From positions 1 through 31,387 of the IMG/VR virus record IMGVR_UViG_3300031951_000794: a stretch of 31,387 nucleotides of DNA, one strand, 5' to 3'. The position numbers and the translations under genes are program-made. This DNA is from a virus. Its lineage: Duplodnaviria; Caudoviricetes. The notes under the pieces are model-generated. The model ran no database searches. It was not told the DNA's origin and saw only the letters and a program-made list of their open reading frames with translations. How positions within the stretch are numbered: the first letter of the stretch is position 1; each line of letters opens with the position of its first letter. Of the stretch, positions 9,146 to 16,116 are shown piece after piece.

Positions 9146-9813
9146 AAGCAAAGCACCTCTTGTCGCAATCGATTTACCGCTACTTCACAATATTGTTCTT
9201 CTCGCTCAATGCCTATAGCTTTACGGCTCATATCTTTAGCCGCCCTAAGTGTAGTCCCTGAGCCAGCAAACGGGTCTAGTATAGTTTCTACTCTTTTTTT
9301 TAACTTCGTATCGGCCTGGTTTATGCACCACTTCATAACGTCTAATGGTTTTTGAGTAGGATGCCACCTCTGTTCGGGACGCTGTTTAATCATTCCATTC
9401 CAAAGGTAATCAATACGCCTTACAGCGCCAGGCAGATTTGTCCAAGCCAATTCACAATCAGCAAAATCCCCTGTTTGATGTTTGTCCCAAACTAGCCAAC
9501 ATGTCGACGGGGGCATTGCATAATAATTGCCACCAAATATGATCGACGGGTACTGCGCAAGCTTATTAATGAATTCTTGCTCAATCGCAATATTATCCCA
9601 GTTTAACGTGCCATAATCTTTCGCTGCAACGAACTTTCCGCCCTTGCCTTTGCCACCCACGGGACCTCCTCTGTTTTTATTTGCTCCCGCCGCCTCTCCA
9701 ATGCCATAAGGAGGATCAGTCAAAACCAAGTCAACCGGCTCGAGCGACGGCAATACTTCACGGCAGTCCCCGCAATATAACGTAACATAATCGTCTTGAT
9801 AGTACGGTTTCAA
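9142..9813 (-). CDS. DNA N6-adenine/N4-cytosine methyltransferase, beta class
   Basis: Motif IV DPPY precedes HPTQKP and motif I DPFAGSGTT; TTG start with AAGGA RBS. Confidence 0.93.
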   Translation of the reverse strand: MKPYYQDDYVTLYCGDCREVLPSLEPVDLVLTDPPYGIGEAAGANKNRGGPVGGKGKGGKFVAAKDYGTLNWDNIAIEQEFINKLAQYPSIIFGGNYYAMPPSTCWLVWDKHQTGDFADCELAWTNLPGAVRRIDYLWNGMIKQRPEQRWHPTQKPLDVMKWCINQADTKLKKRVETILDPFAGSGTTLRAAKDMSRKAIGIEREEQYCEVAVNRLRQEVLCL

Positions 9814-9822
9814 ATCCTTAGT

Positions 9823-10038
9823 TTATTCCTCCTCCTCCGGCGGCTCAGGTAAATAGCCCCAATATGTTATCTCTTCTGGTAGTATTGCAATCGTCTGCCC
9901 AGCTTCGTACCACCTATCATTATCCCAAAAGCCATACAGCACACTTGAAGAAAGTTTTGAGTTTACAAAAAGGACTACAGTATCTTTAGGCGGCATTTCA
10001 TCTTTAACTGAGTGCCATTTAATAGACTCCCAACTCAT
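9823..10038 (-). CDS. DUF551-like protein
   Basis: WHSVKDEMP ... ITYWGYLPEPP; start ATG 10038 (ATGA overlap). Confidence 0.8.
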   Translation of the reverse strand: MSWESIKWHSVKDEMPPKDTVVLFVNSKLSSSVLYGFWDNDRWYEAGQTIAILPEEITYWGYLPEPPEEEE

Positions 10039-10397
10039 TCTTCCTCCTTCGGAGGCTCGGGCAGGGGATTCAATTTCATCCAATGCGTAAATTCAGATAA
10101 TTTCCATACATCATCTGGGTTATTCATATCCATAACTCCAGTTATTTCTTTGCCATCAATGTAGTTAGTAACCAAGGCTCCTAAAACAAAATCAGGCAGC
10201 TCTGTGTTGCACAGCCAAAGCTGCGTTATCCCGTCTTTTCTTTCCGGCAACCTATCCTTCACGCTGATCCACTGCGGTGCTGCTGCCTTGTAGCCAGCGA
10301 GAAAAGCTTTAATTACGCCTGGTTCGTCATCTTGACATTCGCCTCCGCAATTCTTGTTTGCATACTCCTCCGCCATCTCTTCAGGTGTTTTAGTCAT
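10035..10397 (-). CDS. DUF551-like protein
   Basis: WISVKDRLP ... THWMKLNPLPEPP; start ATG 10397. Confidence 0.8.
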   Translation of the reverse strand: MTKTPEEMAEEYANKNCGGECQDDEPGVIKAFLAGYKAAAPQWISVKDRLPERKDGITQLWLCNTELPDFVLGALVTNYIDGKEITGVMDMNNPDDVWKLSEFTHWMKLNPLPEPPKEEE

Positions 10398-10611
10398 CGG
10401 ACCCCGCTTGCGCATCGATAAGAGCGCCGAAGGCTTGCCACGAATACCCGCCGACCTTGCGCAACCGAGCCAAGTCAGATAGCGACATTTTCTTTGCGTG
10501 CATCGCCGTTGCTCGATAAGTACTCGGACTTTTCCCCATAAGTTTCGCTAACTTATACTGGGTCACGCCTAAATGTTTCCGCACAATAATCGGGAGGGGT
10601 TCACGTCTCAT
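10390..10611 (-). CDS. Cro/C1-type HTH transcriptional regulator
   Basis: RKHLGVTQYKLAKLMGKSPST HTH pattern; first gene of the leftward arm. Confidence 0.8.
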   Translation of the reverse strand: MRREPLPIIVRKHLGVTQYKLAKLMGKSPSTYRATAMHAKKMSLSDLARLRKVGGYSWQAFGALIDAQAGSDD

Positions 10612-10617
10612 GCAATT

Positions 10618-10646
10618 ATTTTACGTCATGATGCGCTTTTTTGCAA
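10618..10646 (-). promoter_or_regulatory. Leftward sigma70-type promoter TTGCAA-N17-TAAAAT
   Basis: -35 at 10646-10641, -10 at 10623-10618; only 6 nt lie between the -10 and the HTH ATG. Confidence 0.7.
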
Positions 10647-10654
10647 TAAGCCCC

Positions 10655-10683
10655 TTGTAACACCCTTCGGTATTGTGTATTTT
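10655..10683 (+). promoter_or_regulatory. Rightward sigma70-type promoter candidate TTGTAA-N17-TATTTT
   Basis: Hexamers at 10655-10660 and 10678-10683, upstream of GGAG RBS and ATG 10718. Confidence 0.5.
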
Positions 10684-10690
10684 CGCAATA
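10671..10690 (+). promoter_or_regulatory. Putative operator TATTGT-N8-GCAATA, copy 1
   Basis: Imperfect inverted repeat overlapping the rightward -10; same half-sites as 28991-29010. Confidence 0.55.
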
Positions 10691-10717
10691 CGCAATTAAG
10701 CGTTATCGGAGATACTT

Positions 10718-11035
10718 ATGAAGCAATCAATCAAGACCCACGCATACAACGAAAAGCGATACGGCCGCCCTTATATCGCACGGATCGCCAACACGGACGG
10801 CAAAGTTATCGAATGGGGTATTTGGCTAGGAACGCCTGGCGAGGAAGGGTTACTGGAAATCGACGCCAATGCCGGCGACATTATCATGCACGGACAAAAG
10901 GATTTTCGTGGCAATAAAGGTTTCCCCGAGTACGCAATACTTTTGCCCGACGGCTCGTTTGACTACATGACAAAAGCGCAAGCGATCAAAGCGTCACGAG
11001 CAGCGCAAACCTCCACTGAAACTGCAACCGTATAA
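10718..11035 (+). CDS. Hypothetical early protein
   Basis: 105 aa, GGAG RBS; YNEKRYGRPYIA...GQKDFRG. Confidence 0.75.
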   Translation: MKQSIKTHAYNEKRYGRPYIARIANTDGKVIEWGIWLGTPGEEGLLEIDANAGDIIMHGQKDFRGNKGFPEYAILLPDGSFDYMTKAQAIKASRAAQTSTETATV

Positions 11036-11050
11036 GCAAAGGAAAACACC

Positions 11051-11308
11051 ATGCGCACAAAAATATATCCCGCAACCGCATACCAAGCCGACGAACGTAT
11101 CGTCGAGGTAACCACAACCGAGTCGGGAACGGCATATTGGAAACACCCTCGAGCGGACTACCCGCACGGAACGTTTTCTGCCTTTTTCGCCACGTTCTCG
11201 ACATACCGCAAGGCTATCTCAACCGCTCTGGCTCTTGGGTATGCGGTACGAGTCGATCAAGCTTTACAACAAAAAATGTCAAAAACAATAGGAGGAAACA
11301 ATGAGTAA
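11051..11308 (+). CDS. Hypothetical protein
   Basis: 85 aa, AAGGA RBS, overlaps start of bet. Confidence 0.7.
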   Translation: MRTKIYPATAYQADERIVEVTTTESGTAYWKHPRADYPHGTFSAFFATFSTYRKAISTALALGYAVRVDQALQQKMSKTIGGNNE

Positions 11309-12203
11309 CGCATTAACAACTATCGATTACAGCTCGCAGGAATTGCTGACGACGCTGCGGAATACCGTAGCAGTCGGAGCAACTCCCGCCGAGTTTGAAA
11401 TGTTCGTTCAATTCTGCAAGTCGACCGGACTGAATCCGTTTAAAAAGGAAATCTGGTTTATCAAGGACCAGCGCTCCGGTCGCCTGCAAATGATGACCGG
11501 CATTAACGGTTTCTGGACGTTGGCCAACTCTTTTCCCGAGTTTGACGGAGCCGAGACCGGCATGATTTCGGCTACCGGCGAGTGGGTCAAGAGCGTGCCG
11601 GACGGCAGTTTTATTGGCGCCTGGTGCCGTGTATACCGCAAGGATCGACGTATACCGCAAGAGGGGGAAGCGCTCCTGGCCGACTACAAAAAGCCCCACG
11701 GCATGTGGACGAGCGCTCCTCGCATCATGATCAAGAAGGTGGCGGAATCGATAGCGCTCCGGAAAGCGTTCCCGAGTCAGTTAAACGGTTTGTATACCGC
11801 CGAGGAAATGCCGGCCGAATACCAACCGCCAAGGTTTGAGGGTAAGACCGTCGAGATTTTTGAGGACTGTCGCACGCCGGAGCCGGAGGAAGTCCACACT
11901 GAAGCAAAAGCAAACGGGTACGTGCGGGAGGCTGTCACCATCGCCGATGCGATTGCGGCTGCGCCAAAAGCACCGGTGCGAAAAGGCAACGACCATATTG
12001 CCCAGCTTACGACGTTTTACGATACCGGAGCGCTTGAGGGAGAGGCGAAGGAAAAGGCCGAGGCGTATTTGACGCATAACCTTGCCGAGCGTGTGCGGGA
12101 CAACTTCTGGCGGTCGCGAATAAAGCTCAAAAAGCTTACCCAGTGCATCGTACCGGAGGAGACAATCGAAGAAGGTCAACAAGACGACTTTCCAAACATA
12201 TAG
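11301..12203 (+). CDS. bet: Phage single-strand annealing recombinase (Bet/RecT family)
   Basis: CKSTGLNPFKKEIW, MIKKVAESIALRKAFP and GLYTAEEM signatures; AGGAGG RBS. Confidence 0.92.
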   Translation: MSNALTTIDYSSQELLTTLRNTVAVGATPAEFEMFVQFCKSTGLNPFKKEIWFIKDQRSGRLQMMTGINGFWTLANSFPEFDGAETGMISATGEWVKSVPDGSFIGAWCRVYRKDRRIPQEGEALLADYKKPHGMWTSAPRIMIKKVAESIALRKAFPSQLNGLYTAEEMPAEYQPPRFEGKTVEIFEDCRTPEPEEVHTEAKANGYVREAVTIADAIAAAPKAPVRKGNDHIAQLTTFYDTGALEGEAKEKAEAYLTHNLAERVRDNFWRSRIKLKKLTQCIVPEETIEEGQQDDFPNI

Positions 12204-12212
12204 GAGGGAAAA

Positions 12213-12557
12213 ATGACAATCTGGAACTTTTTTAGAACAAAACAGGTCGTACAGGCGGACCGAGTTGAAAAGCAGTTTGCGGTAAAAACGTGCGAGAAAT
12301 GCGGCAAGTCTAAAACGCTTAAAGCTTACGACCGCCACAACTTAGCCAAGGACGGCCATCGCAATACGTGCCGAGCGTGCAGAAAAATAGGCAGTGCAGC
12401 GGTTGAGGCGACGAACGGCGTAACCATAACGATCCTCAAAGTAGATCCCGACCAAAGATCGGCGTTGCAGGAACTTGCCAAAAAGACCGGCACGTCTGCG
12501 AACGATGTTTACCTGGATATGGTGGAAAGCTACTTAGTTTTAAGGGGTCTGAAATGA
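12213..12557 (+). CDS. Zinc-finger plus ribbon-helix-helix-like protein
   Basis: CEKC...CRAC followed by TITILKVDPDQRSALQELAKKTGTSANDVYLDMVESYL. Confidence 0.7.
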   Translation: MTIWNFFRTKQVVQADRVEKQFAVKTCEKCGKSKTLKAYDRHNLAKDGHRNTCRACRKIGSAAVEATNGVTITILKVDPDQRSALQELAKKTGTSANDVYLDMVESYLVLRGLK

Positions 12558-12850
12558 AAACCATTAGAAAAACAGCGTTAGACTATTACAAAGAGAATCC
12601 GGATAGCCACGGGTTCGAGTGTCAAGCAGGAGTGGAGGACGCTTTTGTTTGCGGAGCGTTTTGGATGTTCCGAGCTGCGCTCGAGTGCGCTGCCGGTGAA
12701 ACAAAACTCAGCGTGCTGGACGAAGATACGCATCAAAATCCGCTGGAGTTTTTAGCCGGTTTCAAAATGGGGATGGCGGTCGTATGTCGGCATCTAGCAC
12801 TACAGATTGACGAAGATCATGTCAGTCTAATAACGCCTCCCGATGCGTAG
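12554..12850 (+). CDS. Hypothetical protein
   Basis: 98 aa, ATGA overlap with upstream gene. Confidence 0.7.
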   Translation: MKTIRKTALDYYKENPDSHGFECQAGVEDAFVCGAFWMFRAALECAAGETKLSVLDEDTHQNPLEFLAGFKMGMAVVCRHLALQIDEDHVSLITPPDA

Positions 12851-13045
12851 GCACACGCTCGTGCGACGGCGCACGCCTTGTGCAGTCGGCTATGCGCTCG
12901 TCGTCGCGGGTTGTAACAAGCAAGCTTTTTTTAATTTTATATTGAGGAGGAAAGACAACGACTATCGAGAAAAGCAGTTTACTCGCGGTTCGGATCGTTA
13001 TTGCGCAAGCAATAACAGCCAATACGAGTGATCTAGCGTGCTCGG
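12841..13045 (+). other. Structured non-coding element (candidate ncRNA or replication origin)
   Basis: Long imperfect hairpin 12841-12900, AT/T-rich tract ~12926-12943, perfect hairpin GTTATTGC-GCAA-GCAATAAC 12997-13016, further short stems. Confidence 0.45.
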
Positions 13046-13080
13046 AAAAGGGTTGTCAAGAGGGGGAAAGTGTAGATTTG

Positions 13081-13095
13081 TGAAAATAATTTTCA
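13081..13095. promoter_or_regulatory. Palindrome TGAAAAT-A-ATTTTCA, putative protein-binding site
   Basis: Perfect 7-bp inverted repeat 34 nt upstream of ATG 13130. Confidence 0.4.
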
Positions 13096-13129
13096 GTTAC
13101 GTGGTAAGTATGCGGAGGATGGTAGGTGT

Positions 13130-13477
13130 ATGAGTGAAATTGTAAAACGTAAGTTGAGTCGGTCGGAGGTCGAGCGGTATTTGGTCGACTGGGGATATGA
13201 GCCGGAAAAGGTGGCTCGGTTTCTGAATCAATACAGTGAAAACCCTGACGTCTGGAAGGCGTTTGAGGCGATGACTTTGGACCTCATAGCACGCAAAAAA
13301 ACGGCTGGCGCAAATGCAATCATGGAGCGTATACGATGGGACACTACGGTTGAAGGAGGACGCGACTGGAAGGTCAACAATACTTTTGCTCCGTATTATG
13401 CACGGGTTTTTGTCCTAAAATACCCTGAGCATATCGGTTTCTTTGAGTTTCGGAGGGTTCAAAGCGATGATCTGTAG
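13130..13477 (+). CDS. Phage hypothetical protein
   Basis: NPDVW...ERIRW...KVNN...YYAR...GFF pattern recalled from phage early genes. Confidence 0.8.
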   Translation: MSEIVKRKLSRSEVERYLVDWGYEPEKVARFLNQYSENPDVWKAFEAMTLDLIARKKTAGANAIMERIRWDTTVEGGRDWKVNNTFAPYYARVFVLKYPEHIGFFEFRRVQSDDL

Positions 13478-13775
13478 ATTTGACGTAATGGTCCGACGGG
13501 TCGAGCGGGTTTCGACCGGCAAATGGGACGTTCGGATCTGGCGACGGGTTCCACACGACTACACGCACGCCGTAGCGCCTGCCACGCAGTTGAAAGAGCT
13601 GGTGGAGGCCAACTACGACCTGACCGCCGAAAACCTCGCCTTGGCCATCCTGGACGCTCTGGCGGACTGTAGCGCGGTGGAGGTGTTGGACTATAACCGG
13701 AACGGCGTGCAGTTGTTTCGAGCGCCGCTAATGTTTCAGGACCGTGATGCGATTGACGAGTTTATGAGGGAGTAA
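13467..13775 (+). CDS. Hypothetical protein
   Basis: ATG 13467 after GGAGG; 102 aa, fills the operon. Confidence 0.7.
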   Translation: MICRFDVMVRRVERVSTGKWDVRIWRRVPHDYTHAVAPATQLKELVEANYDLTAENLALAILDALADCSAVEVLDYNRNGVQLFRAPLMFQDRDAIDEFMRE

Positions 13776-13778
13776 AAC

Positions 13779-14102
13779 ATGGGAAAACCAAAACACGAGT
13801 TTAGAGGGGAAAGTACAGGCGTCAGGGTTACAATCTGGGGAGGTGACGGCCGGCATTCGGCGAGCATTTCGAAGAGGTACAAGGATAAATCGACCGGAGA
13901 GTACAAGGATAGCCGATACTATTACCTGCGCGATCTGGAGGATCTGTCTCACTGCCTGACAAAGGCGATTGACTTTTTGCGGACGTTCGACACGCCTCGA
14001 GGCGAAACCCGTACGGTTTCCGTCCTGGGAGTCGACATACCAGTGCCCAAAGCTGGGTTCGACGGTGGCGTTCCCTTTGACGATGACGACATACCCTTTT
14101 AA
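13779..14102 (+). CDS. Putative ssDNA-binding protein
   Basis: Beta-rich core with KRYKDKSTGEYK and an SSB-type acidic tail DDDDIPF. Confidence 0.7.
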   Translation: MGKPKHEFRGESTGVRVTIWGGDGRHSASISKRYKDKSTGEYKDSRYYYLRDLEDLSHCLTKAIDFLRTFDTPRGETRTVSVLGVDIPVPKAGFDGGVPFDDDDIPF

Positions 14103-14113
14103 CGGAGGACCGC

Positions 14114-14308
14114 ATGTACAAAATTAAGATGCAAGCTTGTAAGAATTTGAGCGAGGATATCTGGGTACCGGTATTTTTCTGCGGCTGGATGGCCATAGGT
14201 GAGGTCGCCGGTGCAGTCGTCGAATGGGATCATCGGCCGGTGTGGATGCCGCTGGACCGTCTGCGATTCGAAAACGACAACAAGGAGAAGAATCATGCCG
14301 CTGACTAA
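14114..14308 (+). CDS. Small hypothetical protein
   Basis: GGAGG RBS, 64 aa, fills the gap in the operon. Confidence 0.6.
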   Translation: MYKIKMQACKNLSEDIWVPVFFCGWMAIGEVAGAVVEWDHRPVWMPLDRLRFENDNKEKNHAAD

Positions 14309-14435
14309 AAAGGGACAAAAGATAAGAGCTGCGCTCGAAAAGGAGTACGGCAAGGACAAAGGCGAACAAGTGTTTTACGCATCAATCAACGCAGGCAAAA
14401 TCACCGGCGCTGAGAAAAAAAACAAAAAGAAATGA
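14295..14435 (+). CDS. Small basic phage protein (MPLTKKG family)
   Basis: AAGGAG RBS, ATG 14295, 46 aa MPLTKKGQKIRAALEKEYGKDKGEQVFYAS...; motif recalled from aquatic phages. Confidence 0.75.
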   Translation: MPLTKKGQKIRAALEKEYGKDKGEQVFYASINAGKITGAEKKNKKK

Positions 14436-15046
14436 ACGCCGACATTCCGCCGAAAAAGGTTTACGTTCCGAGGCAGCATATCATCGCCGACGGGACGGGG
14501 TTTGAGGAGGGAGTTGCGTTTGCGGTACAGTCGTACCGTGGACGCGCCCTCCAGTTTCATGTTTTGTTTAAGAGCGGAGCCCACTTCCGCCATGTGCCTG
14601 TGCATTTCCTGTGGACAACTCCTCTGGAGGAGTATAAACCTCAAGACATTCACGACCTCGAGCAGTTGCAGTTATGGGATTGTTTTTCGTTCAGGCCGGT
14701 CGTGACGTGCTTCGATTTTCTGCGAGACCATCAATGCGTCGCAACGCTGCGAAACAGGGAGGCGGTACAAGGTGTTTACTGGTTTACGATTGATTGGCTG
14801 GCTGATAGCGATGACCGCTCTGGCTGGCTGTCAATTCCCGAGCAAAACAAATGCGCTCATGTCGTACTGCTGGCCAACGGACAAGTCGCCGCTCTGCCAA
14901 CCAATCGAGTCGCCTTTGCCGACGCCTATTACATCGGAAACGATCCTCGTCCAGGAGACCGAAAGTACCGGACTCTCGATACCGTTTGGCAGGCTGAGGA
15001 TTCTTCTCGATGGTCGGTAGCGGATACGGATGAGCACCACTATTAA
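14432..15046 (+). CDS. Phage hypothetical protein
   Basis: 204 aa; NADIPP...FHV...LQLWDCFS...KCAHV...NGQ..A.P.NR resembles a family I recall from aquatic podophages. Confidence 0.8.
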   Translation: MNADIPPKKVYVPRQHIIADGTGFEEGVAFAVQSYRGRALQFHVLFKSGAHFRHVPVHFLWTTPLEEYKPQDIHDLEQLQLWDCFSFRPVVTCFDFLRDHQCVATLRNREAVQGVYWFTIDWLADSDDRSGWLSIPEQNKCAHVVLLANGQVAALPTNRVAFADAYYIGNDPRPGDRKYRTLDTVWQAEDSSRWSVADTDEHHY

Positions 15047-15443
15047 GCAAGCATGGAACGCATATCGCAATCGGACCTACAAACAGGGACCGGAGGAGCG
15101 CGAAATGGTCGCCTTCTTCGACTTCTGCCGCCTCCGTGCCAATCAAGATCCTCGATTGTCTGTGGCGTATCATACGCCCAACGAGGGAAAATCAAGTATA
15201 CAACGCCGCATGACGATGCAAAAAGCTGGCGTGCTCGCTGGGGTTCCCGACATCTGCGTTCCAATTCCCTCTGGCAAGTATGCCGCTCTTTATATCGAGC
15301 TGAAGATTAAGCCTAACAAGCCGAGCGAAAAGCAAAAACGAGTCATCGAGCAGTTGAACGCAAACGGATGCCTCGCCGTTGTATGCTACTCTGCATCGGA
15401 AGCAATTCAAACGTTGGAGAATTACCTTGCCTTACAATCTTAA
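15030..15443 (+). CDS. VRR-NUC domain nuclease (putative Holliday junction resolvase)
   Basis: HTPNEG, GVLAGVPD, LYIELK and SEKQ PD-(D/E)xK motifs. Confidence 0.9.
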   Translation: MSTTIKQAWNAYRNRTYKQGPEEREMVAFFDFCRLRANQDPRLSVAYHTPNEGKSSIQRRMTMQKAGVLAGVPDICVPIPSGKYAALYIELKIKPNKPSEKQKRVIEQLNANGCLAVVCYSASEAIQTLENYLALQS

Positions 15444-15936
15444 AAACTCATTCAACGGCGAATGGTCGATTGATATCGAACTGCCCCGAGACGTTCAACC
15501 GGAATACCTTTTATGGGTTCAAGTTGTTTACATGGCCGTCCACGATTTCAGCAATTTCGCTGAGTGGTACTGCAAGCGCCTGATCAACGAACAAGGTACA
15601 AAGGTCAAACGCAAGTCAAACACAACGGAAGTCGCGATGATCCGAGAACTCCGAGCGCTCGAATGGTTTTTGTTTTATCCCGTGGCCGAGCCTTTCAATC
15701 TCGAATGGATCGGCGAAAACGTATTCGCTTCAGGCACGGGACTTTGCGATTCGATTCGCCAAAAGTGTGAAGCCGCCCACAAAGCTGCTCTCGACGTCTA
15801 CGCCTCATCGCCTGAATTGGCCCCTCTCGTTGAGCTGTACCGCAAGCGTTTTCGACGCTCAATTCATCCAAAGACTTTAGACCAAGCCGATCTGCGTTCA
15901 ATGGCTCGCGAGACAAAACGCCAACTCCTAACGTGA
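15427..15936 (+). CDS. Hypothetical protein, possible late-gene regulator
   Basis: Probable TTG start 15427 after GGAG; LWVQVVYMAVHD...ALEWF...LEWI; last gene of the rightward arm; function inferred from position only. Confidence 0.6.
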   Translation: MPYNLKNSFNGEWSIDIELPRDVQPEYLLWVQVVYMAVHDFSNFAEWYCKRLINEQGTKVKRKSNTTEVAMIRELRALEWFLFYPVAEPFNLEWIGENVFASGTGLCDSIRQKCEAAHKAALDVYASSPELAPLVELYRKRFRRSIHPKTLDQADLRSMARETKRQLLT

Positions 15937-16116
15937 CTTTTTTTTATCAACTAGCGACCATACTTGCGCCGCTCCGTACAGTGCCGCTCCGGTTAAGACC
16001 GGCTCGACTGCCGTGACCAAGTTTGCGGTATCGCTTTCGTTGATTCCGATTGATATAAGACCGCCGGCGAACAAGGTTAGCAAGTGCCGGACGATTGATC
16101 CAAAGATAAGTTGCAT
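15928..16116 (-). CDS. Small two-helix membrane protein, putative holin
   Basis: GAGGA RBS, ATG 16116; IVRHLLT...WS..DKKK pattern, two hydrophobic segments and a basic tail. Confidence 0.7.
   Translation of the reverse strand: MQLIFGSIVRHLLTLFAGGLISIGINESDTANLVTAVEPVLTGAALYGAAQVWSLVDKKKSR

Noticed and set aside
11313-12338. Minus-strand ORFs including 11781-12338 (185 aa)
   Set aside because: Antisense to bet, which has clear family motifs
12901-12935. Intrinsic terminator at the T-run 12926-12932
   Set aside because: No strong stem immediately precedes the T-run; the large hairpin ends about 25 nt upstream
12822-13031. ORFs 12843-13031 (+) and 12822-13022 (-) as genes
   Set aside because: No convincing RBS, atypical composition, and they overlap a strongly structured region; not fully excluded
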